A DNA stretch of 63,270 bases, filler included, from Collodictyon triciliatum (Eukaryota): assembly GCA_043381765.1 (NCBI GenBank). It is 21 parts of 21 records of this genome, joined end to end, with 100 filler letters (N's around TTAATTAATTAA, not from the genome) between each part and the next. Parts side by side here need not be neighbours in the genome. Positions count along the whole stretch, not along the records: positions 1 to 2,927 come from JBHJMP010008062.1; positions 3,028 to 5,953 come from JBHJMP010008063.1; positions 6,054 to 8,978 come from JBHJMP010008064.1; positions 9,079 to 12,002 come from JBHJMP010008065.1; positions 12,103 to 15,026 come from JBHJMP010008066.1; 16 more parts are not named here. The stretch is one strand, 5' to 3'. A program made the position numbers and the translations under genes. Each line of letters starts with the position of its first letter. The stretch's first letter is position 1. The notes under the pieces are model-generated. The model did no database searches. It worked only from the letters and a program-made list of their open reading frames with translations, and was not told where the DNA came from. Of the stretch, positions 1-12,589 are shown piece by piece.

Positions 1-98
1 ACATACATACATACATACATACATACATACATACATACATACATACATACATACATACATACATACATACATACATACATACATACATACATACATAC
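1..98. repeat. (ACAT)n microsatellite at a contig end; the same motif recurs at about 39085-39183 and 54149-54242
   Basis: Perfect tetranucleotide array. Most contigs end in simple repeats (TTA, AGT, GAAA, TGTGTC, TTTTATCTCTTA, AAAACCAAAATA and others), consistent with short-read assembly breaks. Confidence 0.97.
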
Positions 99-950
99 AC
101 TACAAGGATTGCTGTGTTAGATAGATCGCACCAACAACGAGGGGAAAATTAACAGGAGGAACAGAAGCTAAAAAGAACGTACGGGGTGCGGGATGACCAA
201 GACTCTAGCGTAAACTTCTTTGGAAATTCTGTTCAATCCTTACTCTATGATGCCCAGTACCTTTGCTATCTGTTGGAAAAAAAGTGGTTGGTCTATGAAT
301 TTCCCGTCGCATTCCAATAGCTTTCAAGAAATAAACTACACAGCAGGCTTTAGAAACTTAACATCGAGGAACCGCTTCAGAAGGTGTCGATCAAGAAATC
401 TTTCGGCTGATAAAGTTCATTTTGGTCTTTCAAACAATATGCTCAGGACAGAGAAAACCGAGCCATTCATTAATACGCCTCAACCCTATTTTCAGCTGTT
501 GTCTTTTGTCTTAAGAAAAAAAAAGGTTCGTTTTGGTGGCTAGACCTCGCTCTTTAAAAAGTATATATGCCAAGGTAGAGAAAAATAAAAGGCAGAATCC
601 GAGAGAGGGAGAGAGAGAAGTGTGAACCACCAGATTCGTGACAAAATCATCGGCAAAATTGGAAGGGAGGCTATTTTTGCCCCGTGATACTCATCCCTTC
701 CCAAGGAACAGACTGCCTCGTGCTTTACCAGCGCCACCTAGCTGCCCTTGCTGGACGCGCTTCCGCTTCAGATTAATCTGTTTCTTGATTGACCCCAGTC
801 CAGTATTACCGATGTGTAAAAATAACGGAATCCTCCTTCTGGTATGAGTAATCAGTTATCTGACCCTTAAATCATATGTGGAAATTATATTATTTTCCAT
901 CTGTCTCTCTTCGATCTCGGCTGGTTTAATTCAACCATCGATGGACTCCA

Positions 951-2927
951 ATGACACATGAACTTCATGGCGCCAGTTAGCCTCGTGCAGAGTCGAGCTT
1001 GCATGGGAAACGGAACATTAAATCAAACTTTTGTGGCTGACATACCACAACTAAAAAATGTACGATTGAGAACGAACACTTCAAAGACGAAGACTGCTTT
1101 GTCCGCCTTCGGGGCAAGCGATGGCCGGTTCTCTCTTTCGCAAACCGTAGCAATATGTACAAGCAACTGCGTGCAGTAATGGAAACCCGAAAAGGCTACG
1201 AGAGAGACGTGACACTAATGGTGGACAGCCCTGCCCTCGGACTCCGGATCGCCTTCCCAAGAAAAGAAAACACAGCTGCCTTCATTAAGGAGGGGTCGTT
1301 TAAGCTCCTCAATCACCAATACACTCCCATGCCAGCGAAGACTGTCACAAAGGTTGCGCACCTGTCTAACATACCGCTGGGGGCCAATTGGACTGACATT
1401 TTCGAAGCCTGCAGCGAATACTTCACCCCAATCAAAGTCAACTGGGCAAAGCCTGGAGGAATATGCATGAATGATGCACTCGTTACCTATGACAAAGAAT
1501 AGGAAGAATTGGGGAAAATACCTCACTTTGTCGTCATTCATGACAGATGCTGTCGCGTGGAGATACGCGCCCTCAAAGAGTCTGACATCCCATCAACTCT
1601 CCCCAACAAAGAAGGGTATGACACACAATGTCAAGCCACAAAAAAAAAAAACTACTGCCAAGCCGATCACCACCAAACAAGCGGCCAGTAACAAACAAAA
1701 CACCGCCACTCGCTTCTCAGGCTTCCACACAAAAGTAACCGACTTCAGCGCTAAAGACTGGCCAACCGTGCAGGAATCGTCTGTGCAAAACAAGTCCAGA
1801 GCCCACCAACAAGGCCAAAGGCAACACGCGTCGTCCTCTAAAGTCAGAGGGAGAAATCGTGACAAGAAACCCGTGGATAAAGTGCTCGAAGTCTCAATCA
1901 AGACAAAGGTTCAAGAGCGGCCCCAAAATCAAGAAATGAATATCGAAATGATGGACGAAACACCAGGCGATTTTCCCGAAAGTGCATCATCAAGTTCGCC
2001 AATGAACACAGAGGAAGCAATATCAATCGTGGAATGGCTTCGAGGAAATGGAGGAAACATCGCATGCCTCCAAGATTACCAACCACCTCAAGCCGATGAT
2101 ATCTCACCAAGCTCTCCTTTAAATCATGGAGAGATGCCGAGAAAAGGGAAACCCAGGCCAACTCGGTAACAGAATCGGGAAATAGCATAATGGCACCCAG
2201 CAAACCACACCCGCCAGCCAGCTTAGATGGCATGGCTCCTGGAACCACCCAAGAGACTCTTTCTTCAGCAAGTACTGCGCAATTCATAAGAGCGACATCC
2301 CAGAAACGGGATTGGAAGAACAACAGTCCATCCAACCTGTCGTCATCATAGAAGGTTCTGCTGAAGAAGAAAGCGAGCACCTTGAAGCTTCGGGAACAAC
2401 GAATTACTCCTCAAGTACTGTTTGTGAAAACAGACCTACTGTCGAGACATTTGCGACTCCCAGCGAGAAACACTTCCTATCCAAGAAAAAGAAATGTAGA
2501 CGAATATAAAACACCGGTTACTCATCCTACAATCACTGGCGCACCAAAAAAGATCGAAGCCGTCGAAGATAAAGCATCGGCCGATGAAAAGAGAGTGAAT
2601 CAGTCAATACACCACCGAATATAGCGAGCCAGAAAGCAAATCAGAATGAAAGTGGAAACATGAGTGGCCCTGCCTACCGCGTGGATGAGGGAGAAAAATT
2701 GGAACCGAGGTTTACCGATGACTGACAGAGTGCATCTCCCAACACACCAGCTACAAAGGGGCTGCAGCCAAAATCCCAAGACCATCCGACAAACCCTGGT
2801 CGAACCGCGAGCAATTATAACACCGGCCAAATGAAAGATAACTCGAGTAAACCATCCCACCCTGAGCAACCCAGCTCCAGCGGAGAGGGCCAACCACCGG
2901 AGGCTACGGCCTCCAAAAGCCAATAGA
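951..2927 (+). pseudogene. Decayed non-LTR retrotransposon ORF1 (gag-like, RRM-type) relic
   Basis: One frame runs from ATG 951 through in-frame TAG/TGA/TAG stops and an A-run frameshift at about 1640-1651. It contains VAHLSNIPLG..DIFEACSEYFTPIKVNW..MNDALVTYDKE*EELGKIPHFVVIHDRCCRVEI followed by a long low-complexity basic/polar tail. It is intronless and resembles the relic at 60362-61700. No RT is seen. Confidence 0.5.
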
Positions 2928-3027
2928 NNNNNNNNNNNNNNNNNNNNNNNNNNNNNNNNNNNNNNNNNNNNTTAATTAATTAANNNNNNNNNNNNNNNNN
3001 NNNNNNNNNNNNNNNNNNNNNNNNNNN
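2928..3027. other. Artificial contig spacer (44 N + TTAATTAATTAA + 44 N); first of 20 such spacers, recurring about every 3.02 kb
   Basis: The same palindromic 12-mer (stop codons in all six frames) flanked by N runs occurs at 2972, 5998, 9023 ... 60306. Contig lengths decline slowly from about 2927 to about 2909 nt. Confidence 0.98.
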
Positions 3028-3740
3028 AGCAAAAAATAACAATGCAACAGAAACACCCCGTAGTAAAAAAAAGACAAAGAAGGCCACTCATAAACTTGCC
3101 GAACCACATACACTGAAACATGAAATAAACAACAAGGTATGACGACGCGATATATGGACCGGGCAATTCTCTGCCAACCAAAAGTGAAAATGAATATTGT
3201 AGAGACAGAGGCATACGTCGCGACTGCAAAAACTGAGTTTGAAATGATAAAGTGATAGAGAACATTCTGATGATTAAAGTGAAATAACCACGTGCAACCA
3301 AAGATGATGAAAGTAAACACAGCTGGAACAACCCCAAGGGCGAGAGAGTAGTATAGAAGCCAAAGGACATTATGGCATGATTCTCTCACGACACCGATGA
3401 AGCTTGTCGACTGAGATGTAATTGGCAGTTGAACTCTCTCCTGCACTTCTTTTGGATGAGAGAAACCGACAAGCCCTGGGTTTGAAAAAGAGTGTGGGGT
3501 TTGGCAGCTTTGCTGCTTGGCTGGGATATTGCCCACGCTTGCAGCTCCATCTTGCCCGCCTTCCGCTGCGGTGCTCACATACTCTCGCTTTTGTGTCTGA
3601 AAATGAGGTGTCAAAGCGAATCCAGTTCCTACAGCTTGTCTCGTCGCTGAGTTCGTCTCCAAACCGAATGCGCGGTCGAGTGCGCCATGTGAGTCGCAAT
3701 TGGAGTCATTTCTTGCAGTTTCTTCGGCAATACCATCCAT
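3028..3740 (-). CDS. Multi-pass membrane protein of unknown family, 3'-truncated
   Basis: Open frame MDGIAEETARN... with a polar N-terminus, then at least four hydrophobic segments (VLWLLYYSLALGVVPAVFTFIIFGCTWLF and others), running into the contig end. Confidence 0.6.
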
Positions 3741-4163
3741 CAGTTCTGCGCGCAAGGGAAGTTACTTCAGCGAGGAAAAATGAGAATAGTCCAGGGTGTG
3801 CACGATTTATATGAGATGGGTCATCTGCAACATGATAAGGGTGGTTTAGGATTCTGTTGTGTTGAGCAGCAGCCTTCTCTCGCTTTTTCTTTGATTTTTT
3901 TTTACTCAAGGAACAAGCCCAAATTTGGATAATCTTCAGTCCTTCTTTTACTTCCGCCATCCCATTCCCAATCATTTATGTGTAATGAAAAGGTGTGTGT
4001 TTCTCCAATTAAGGAATTGGGTGCTCGTGCAACTTACTATCGAAATTTATATACAAATATATACAATTGATACGCATTGGCAAGTGCATTAAATATAATT
4101 GACCTGCTTTGAATCGAATAATTGTATATTCCACATGCGATTTGTTGAATGGCCAAAACTTTG

Positions 4164-4235
4164 TGGGGTAGGCAGGCACCAACCCATTACCTCTCGCATA
4201 CTAAGCGAGCGCTGTACCATCCGAGCTACACCCCC
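4164..4235 (-). pseudogene. tRNA-Ala(AGC)-derived pseudogene with anticodon reading AGT
   Basis: The reverse complement GGGGGTGTAGCTCGGATGGTACAGCGCTCGCTTAGTATGCGAGAGGTAATGGGTTGGTGCCTGCCTACCCCA closely follows eukaryotic tRNA-Ala(AGC). The anticodon stem CTCGC/GCGAG is perfect, but the D stem has a mismatch, the T arm is degenerate and the acceptor stem is imperfect. Confidence 0.75.
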
Positions 4236-6364
4236 TTCCTTGTTGGGAATAAGAGCATAGTAGAAATCTTATAGTTACCACGTTTTCTTTAGTGGGGTGA
4301 TTGTTTGCACATTTTCTTTTGTGGCATGATTGTTTTTAATTATTTATCATTGTCTTATATATTTTCAGGCCACTTTCAAATTCCCATTTCATCTGATGCG
4401 ATTTGAAAATCAAGTTCCGTCGAAATGATGGGCATTAGATTCACAACCCAACTGCATGGGAGACTTGCAAGAACGACACCAGCAGGAGACAAGAAATTAT
4501 TAAAAATTCAAACTTTATACTCACACCCAGCTTTTCCTGTTATTTTATTTAGGAACATGTTAACTCTGTTACATGACAATGTTAATCGAAATGATGTTTT
4601 GAGAAATCTTTATTTTTTTTCAGGATTGAACCTTGTTTTTAGTTGCAATAGATATGGGCGCAATTCGTGTGAGACATTATTTTATTTTATTTTATTAAAT
4701 TATATTTGACAACTTGGCTCATGACCAAAGTGATATAATTAATGGTCTCATTATGCTACATATTTTTATGCGAAATCTTAATTATCCTTCGCATCTTGCA
4801 CAAATACAAATTGAGAATATGAATGTAATACGATATAGAAAAAAACGGAGAGTCTTATCAAACCATATTTTAAGTAGAGAGAAAATATTTGTGTTCCTTA
4901 TGTAATGCTGGATTCCAAAGTATCTCAAAATGAAATTCTCTCATATTGCATTGATGAGTTCCTGAACTAAGGTGTTCCGCCAAAAAAATCAGTAAATTTA
5001 ACATACGAAAATTCAATGTACTTTTTTAAAATAAACATTCGTCCAGTGGTTCGCTCGGTACATTAGGTTTCATAGATGAAAGGTTCAGGTTTGTCAATTC
5101 TCGCCAAACTTTCATCCTACGAAATGCTTTCTTTTCATAAAATTGATTTGCCAATTGAACATAGAATTCGTTAGCGCGAGGTGCTTGCTTTGTTATTGCC
5201 TCAGCAATGCAGATTCTGTTTATAGCAAAAGCATAGCATATGTACTATTTTTGCTTTATATGAAACCAATCATTCAATTTAATCACAAATCTACCACATC
5301 GAACTGATTAACTCTAAGCGTAATGAAACTTGAAATTTTTTTGTCAACCAAATTCTTGATGCAGCTTAGAAAAAAATGCTTAATGATACTATTGAATTCA
5401 CATTAAAAATCTGAAGTATTGTCATGTGTGTCCCTGTCGAATTAAGCGCGAAAGTTCGAATAGAAACCCGAATCCAGGCATAGTCTGTACTTCATGTAGA
5501 CCTAATGTCTTGTACTAACTAAGTGAAATGCAAAAATATGAATTCATAATTTCGCCTTTCTGCTTTAAATAGCCACGCACTCACGTCATAATCGCCATCT
5601 ATTTGCTCTTTATCTCATATTCGATCTGATGAATACATTCATGTATCCAAAATCCCTCTAAAACTGCGGTTCTCAATCGATTCATATATATCAAGTCTTT
5701 TACACCTTTAAAATAAGATTATTTTCGAAGAAAAAACCCTGCCAGTAGGTTGGAAAATATTACAGAATAAACAAAATCTTTGTGTTGGCTACATCTGCCT
5801 ATGCATTTAATGAGAAGGTCTTGCATCTTTCCTCGATGCCTTGCTGATAAAAATAGGCGCGGTGGACGAGATACACAAATCTCATAGATACCAACGGTGG
5901 TCGACTACATATCAGCCATATTAATGGCGGCGGGTGCAATTGGAGAGGTATGGNNNNNNNNNNNNNNNNNNNNNNNNNNNNNNNNNNNNNNNNNNNNTTA
6001 ATTAATTAANNNNNNNNNNNNNNNNNNNNNNNNNNNNNNNNNNNNNNNNNNNNCCTTTCTTCCCCTTTCTTCCCCTTTCTTCCCCTTTCTTCCCCTTTCT
6101 TCCCCTTTCTTCTATTTTTCATTCCTGTTTCTTTCAACATTTTTCCGTTTATTTTCCTCTTGTTTTCGATTGTTTTCCTTTATTTCTCTTCATATTTTTT
6201 CCCCTCTTTTCTTCCCTTTCGTTTCTCTTCTCTCCTTCCCTGGCTTAGATACCAATATGGCGTCGAGTTGAAGGGTTCAGTTGTCGCGCTGGTCTGACTC
6301 GATGGTAGTACCATTTCGGTCTTCATTTCTTTTCACTCCTCTTTCTACACAATCATATCCTCAG

Positions 6365-8600
6365 TTCCACGACCAAGTAGCTTCCGTACCTATAAACCGA
6401 ATATAGAAAAAAATCTTGCCTCAGCTACGATGAACGAGTTTTACGGTGTGCATTCCACCAGAATAATCTAAACCATAAGCATTTCGGCATCGTTTTTCTA
6501 ATCTCTCTTTTGTTTGGATTCGACTCTGACCCATAAGATAAACCCTGCCCAGATTCTACCGGAGCTAAAGCTCGCCTCAGATCCCCTCTGGGATCATTGG
6601 GACACGCTCTTTACGATTGCCTCGAGTTTCGTGGTGAGTATATGCGGAATCACAAACATACTTACCGGACTCGGATTTATTCTTCGAGGAGAACCGATTT
6701 GGTCAACATGACACTTTCTGGCAGTGGGAGTGAGAGTGCTGGTGAGTAAGAAAGAAAACAGTCCAACTGAGTCAGTAAAAAAATAACAATAATATATTTT
6801 CTGCATTCGATGCAAAGCTGCGTTGTAATAAGTCTTGAACACTTGGAAACGTGCCATAACTATTATTCTATATTCTTATATTCATTTTTTGTTTTATCAA
6901 ATAGGGTATACTTGAAAGGAAGAATAAATCAAAAGGGGTATAATTAAACTTGCATATGCTTCTTATTTCTTACGCTGCGTGTAGGTGTCGTTCTATTTTT
7001 TCAGGAAGGAGGAGTATGAATCGAGTTGGCGATATCGCTTGTGCACTATCTTGCAAATAAACTTTTTATTAGATGCTCTTCGATGCTGTGGGTATAGGAA
7101 AAAAATTTGCATAGCGCGTCTCATGCTCCCTTATCTCGTAACTCTCCTATACTGTGTTCGTTTCCTGTCACTTTCTTATCAGTTTTTTTCTCGAGATATC
7201 ACTCATGAATTATGTTACCCTAATATCCTAATTTTTCAACTATACACAAGCCAAAAGAAATACCTATCTAATTTCTACTGGGGGAAGCTATTGCACTCCA
7301 CTTTGGAAGCCACCCCTCTCTCCTTTGGCACTGTCTATATTCTTCTGGATGGAAATGTTGTAAGTCCCATTCATATAACAGCCCATCTAAGATAACATAT
7401 TTTTCTTTTGGAAGGTCAGCCATACGCTAGTGAATATGGTTTTCTTTCTATTTGTTTCTCTCTCTGTATTTTGCTAATTATTCTATTTACCAATGATTCG
7501 CTGAAGAGTGATCATATGATGCGAAGACAACTAGGTGCCGTCGCTTTATCAGTTCTGTGCATTTCCGTCGCTGTGTCCGTCTGCAACCATGCGCCCTTGT
7601 ATCAGATAAAGTATCGAAAATGGGGTAGTTTTCTACTTCGATTGCTGGAATTGGTTACCTTCTCTCTGTCATTTGGTCTTTTTGCACACAAATTTAAGGT
7701 TTGTCCTTTCTTTTTTCTTTTTTCTTTTCCCTTTGAAGTGTAATAATTCTATGAACTCTTAATGACATAGGCGAATTCATAAAATATTTAAAGGACAATA
7801 CAGGCATCTTAACTATATTCTCGAATACTTCAATAGCACTTTTGTTTCTAATAATTGGCTCAATCCCCAAGGTTTTTGCGATACCAGTCATTGCGGCAAA
7901 ATACTTTGGTGCAACAGGGCTCATATACTATCATAATCGAAAAACAGGGAGTGTCAAAGACGTGCTCCTTTTTTCTGGGTTCGCTGCGTTACTAGATGTG
8001 GCGATTATTTGGTACTCTTCTTCTCTACCTCCACCGTCAGACGATAATGCGTAAGTATGCATATAAAATTGATAAAAGAAAAGGAGACATGTTCACGAAT
8101 TGTTTCAGTGCTTTCATTTATTTCTATCCTCTCACAAGAGGCCGCACGCGGTGCTAAAAATTACAATTGATTAATATTTTTATAAGTCTCATTTTCTATT
8201 ATGATTAAAGCTAAGAAGAAAAAGAAAACGAAAAAGAAATAATGACCTCATTTATCGTATTTATATTAGCGACGTGCGTGAGGAAAATAAGCAAGAGGCA
8301 TTTCTTGTTGAGGACGGGACGGTGAAGTCATGCTCCCAGAGCCTGCTATTATCAGACGTTTACATAGTCACGATACTGGCGTTCGCCTTCGCCATGTCTG
8401 ATATCCACGATGGATTTGAAGCAAATCTTTTGCTCGCTGCCGTAGTCTCATTCATATCACAGCATGTTATTTACCTAACGCTTGTGTTCACGCACCCGAG
8501 GGACTCACCGTACTCCAAACACGCCAATAAAGTATACTTTACTCCCAACTAGAACCCCACAGCCTCGATGCTTTGCGGTTCACAAAAAACAAACAACCAT
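6365..8600 (+). CDS. Multi-exon membrane protein, possibly XK-related (XKR-like); boundaries approximate
   Basis: Spliced hydrophobic exons: LLHSTLEATPLSFGTVYILLDGNV|gtaagt, GFLSICFSLCILL..FLLRLLELVTFSLSFGLFAHKFK|gt, IPVIAAKYFGATGLIY.. These recall the XK motifs E(S/A)xPQ..lYi and lwR.fEi.sr...l.LFA. The 5' exon frames are ambiguous. Confidence 0.45.
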
Positions 8601-9208
8601 ATTTTTCCGATATAAATAAACAACTGCAAACTACCTGGAGAAGAAAAAAAAGCTTCAAAGATGTGTTCCAAGCATATTTTTATCACGTTTTTCTCATGAT
8701 TATATTCATTTTGGATGCTGTCAGAGGAAATGGTAGAAAGAATAACAAAAGCAGAAATGAAAAGGCGAGAGTCATGTATTTTCCCTTTCTCAAGAAAATC
8801 ATACTGCGGATTGCACACACCATATAAGCCATTCACACATACCACATAGAAGCATACCAATCCATGACGACATGAGGAAAAGCATTTATATCAAGAAAAT
8901 TTACATAAAAAGACTTATATTCACAATTTGGTTTGGCTCTCATATCATATAAAAGAAAAGAGAAAAGAGAAAAGAGAANNNNNNNNNNNNNNNNNNNNNN
9001 NNNNNNNNNNNNNNNNNNNNNNTTAATTAATTAANNNNNNNNNNNNNNNNNNNNNNNNNNNNNNNNNNNNNNNNNNNNGTAAACGTTGAATCTAATCTCT
9101 AAAACCCATTCATTCTTTTTCCCTTTCTCTTTGTCGAGAATACACAAAGATACTTCTAATTCTGCCCGACTTGTATTTTATTTTATTTTTGTGTGTATTT
9201 TTCATCAG

Positions 9209-9731
9209 AGGGAGATACTGGTGTTCTAGAAGTTATTGAAGATCGAAAAATGGTGACAATTTACCTTTTTCTCATTTTGTTTCTCTTCTGACTTTCATTT
9301 TAATGGTTAATGATTGACATTCCTACGTAAATCACATCCACAATGAGCCGATACGTATATTAACCTTTTTCTCTATTTAAATATTTTCATTGACAAACTT
9401 TCCCCTGTCCCTTCATTCCCTCAATTTTTCCTTCTTTTTTTTGTTTTGTTTTTGTTATTATTTTTAATTATTTTGATTGTTTTTATTTTCAATTGATTTA
9501 TTGATTTTTAGTTTCAAGCATTTGAGGTCCGCCCCCAAAAAATATCGAGAGCTCATGTTAAAGTACCACTTTACTCATTATATTTGGTGCTAACTCCGCA
9601 ACATTTATACTTTTCCAGTCGCTGTTTTGATTTATTCATGCTCTAGCTTCCGACGTTCAAGACCAATCATGCAAATTCAAATCAGCCTGTCCGAGGCTCC
9701 GCATCAATGTCTGAATTCTCGTCAAAGAAAG
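9209..9731 (+). CDS. Short exons of an unidentified gene (continues into an N gap)
   Basis: AG/GT-bounded, relatively GC-rich islands: GDTGVLEVIEDRKM; FKHLRSAPKKYRELMLK; LPTFKTNHANSNQPVRGSASMSEFSSKK. Confidence 0.35.
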
Positions 9732-9809
9732 GCAAGCTTATATTACACATAATGATACAAAACGAACATTCTCAAACTCTTATCTTTAATTTTAATTATT
9801 ATTGTTGTA

Positions 9810-9858
<49 letters not shown>

Positions 9859-12104
9859 NNNNNNNNNNNNNNNNNNNNNNNNNNNNNNNNNNNNNNNNNN
9901 NNNNNNNNNNNNNNNNNNNNNNNNNNNNNNNNNNNNNNNNNNNNNNNNNNNNNNNNNNNNNNNNNNNNNNNNNNNNNNNNNNNNNNNNNNNNNNNNNNNN
10001 NNNNNNNNNNNNNNNNNNNNNNNNNNNNNNNNNNNNNNNNNNNNNNNNNNNNNNNNNNNNNNNNNNNNNNNNNNNNNNNNNNNNNNNNNNNNNNNNNNNN
10101 NNNNNNNNNNNNNNNNNNNNNNNNNNNNNNNNNNNNNNNNNNNNNNNNNNNNNNNNNNNNNNNNNNNNNNNNNNNNNNNNNNNNNNNNNNNNNNNNNNNN
10201 NNNNNNNNNNNNNNNNNNNNNNNNNNNNNNNNNNNNNNNNNNNNNNNNNNNNNNNNNNNNNNNNNNNNNNNNNNNNNNNNNNNNNNNNNNNNNNNNNNNN
10301 NNNNNNNNNNNNNNNNNNNNNNNNNNNNNNNNNNNNNNNNNNNNNNNNNNNNNNNNNNNNNNNNNNNNNNNNNNNNNNNNNNNNNNNNNNNNNNNNNNNN
10401 NNNNNNNNNNNNNNNNNNNNNNNNNNNNNNNNNNNNNNNNNNNNNNNNNNNNNNNNNNNNNNNNNNNNNNNNNNNNNNNNNNNNNNNNNNNNNNNNNNNN
10501 NNNNNNNNNNNNNNNNNNNNNNNNNNNNNNNNNNNNNNNNNNNNNNNNNNNNNNNNNNNNNNNNNNNNNNNNNNNNNNNNNNNNNNNNNNNNNNNNNNNN
10601 NNNNNNNNNNNNNNNNNNNNNNNNNNNNNNNNNNNNNNNNNNNNNNNNNNNNNNNNNNNNNNNNNNNNNNNNNNNNNNNNNNNNNNNNNNNNNNNNNNNN
10701 NNNNNNNNNNNNNNNNNNNNNNNNNNNNNNNNNNNNNNNNNNNNNAGGCAGCGCCCTAGAGATATAGGTTCCATCTCTCACGACTAGATTTGAAATACTC
10801 CGCTTCTAGCTTTTGTCTTGGAATTACCCAATCGCAAAGTTGTTTTATTCTTATTTTCTAAGATTATCTGTCTTGGTTTGTCTCCTTCCCCATTTCTTCA
10901 CCTCTCAATATTGTGCTGCATTCATCGAGGTTAAAGCTTCGTGGCCATTTGTATTTAATCACGAGCTTCCATTTTCGAAGTTAGAACTAAGGATGAGAAG
11001 CACTGAAAAAAGAAGAAAAAATAAACTAGTCTAGTTTTTAAAGAGAGAAAGGAGACCTTTTTTTTTTTTTAAGAGTGGTGGTGATTATAATAAAAGTAAA
11101 AAAGCGATGATTACGATATGAATCGACCATATCAGTCTCCGTTGGGTGTAAGATGCCGAGATGCCGTCATTGTGGTCCGGGCAGAACAACTCCACACTAA
11201 ATTTCTTTCTTTCATATTATACATCACATTTCGATTGAATACTGTCTGTGTGTAGTGATAGGGCCTGCTGAGGTAGCGATATCTCCACTTAGACATAACA
11301 AAACCCCGGTCAGTAAGAGAGTCGATGCAGTGTTTTCTTTATTTCAATATCGTATCATCCAATCCAACAGTCAAATGTCCGCCTGGGCGATTCGCCGGCG
11401 CACTTCATATATTCCTCCTTACTCTCTTGCGTGTTCCTAGCCAATAATGTGCTGCATTCACTCATTTGCAAGGTTATCTGTGACAAGAAAGTCGAGTAAT
11501 TACCATATAACAATGTAACGAAAGATTTAGAGGTTTGATATCGAATTGGTATGATAGATAGTATGGAATAAGTTTTCTTTTTTTTTTTTTACTTCGTTCG
11601 ATTCAAGTGAAGGGGTTTCGTATTTTTCTACAGCCCGGCGTGGTTGTCGCGCATTCAACAAGTTTTTATTTTATTTTATTGTCAACGCTTTGTGTCGGAT
11701 ATTGCTGCCATATTTTGGATTTATGATTGGTGTGTGCGTTTCTCATTCCGGTGCATGCTGGGTTATGGAATAAAATATTCCTTGCACAGCCTGAATAATG
11801 TTTATCGGATGCCTTCTGCCAAAAAGGTTCCTCTGTCTTTTGTTCTTTTTTTTTATTCTTTTTTTATTCTTTTTTTATTCTTTTTTTATTCTTTTTTATT
11901 CTTTTTTTATTCTTTTTTTATTCTTTTTTTTATTCTTTTTTTATTCTTTTTTTATTCTTTTTTTATTCTTTTTTATTCTTTTTTTATTCTTTTTTTATTC
12001 TTNNNNNNNNNNNNNNNNNNNNNNNNNNNNNNNNNNNNNNNNNNNNTTAATTAATTAANNNNNNNNNNNNNNNNNNNNNNNNNNNNNNNNNNNNNNNNNN
12101 NNAG

Positions 12105-12213
<109 letters not shown>

Positions 12214-12589
12214 CACAATAATACCACCAATAATAAGAATAAAATAGGAATTATCATTACTTCGGTTTTTCCTCTTCATCAGAATCGCTGAATCCATCAT
12301 TATTTTTTGGAGTTGCTATTTTATAAACAAATTTAACCCTCCCGTTTTGACTCCCTCCTAATTGAAAATGGCCCTTTCGAATTCATAAATGGTATGATCT
12401 TTTCTGATAAATATTACCTGGTTGTTGCCTGATAGCACCCGTCATTAGAATTATATGTAAATGTTAAGATTCGGAAATTTTACAAAACACTTCAATCTTA
12501 CTTCAATTACGCCATAAGAAAGAATATATATAAACTTATGAATCGAATAATTTATATTTGAAAAAAATTAAATTATAATAAATAATTAC

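Noticed and set aside
5888-5947. Possible exon IPTVVDYISAILMAAGAIGE (transporter-like)
   Set aside because: Twenty codons at a contig edge are too short to assign.
6514-6745. In-frame TGA (WST*HFLAV) suggesting stop-codon reassignment
   Set aside because: Another frame with a GTGAGT donor near 6633 avoids it. Conserved genes end in TGA (UTP3, RING-H2, RP2) or TAA and use TGG for Trp with no internal stops.
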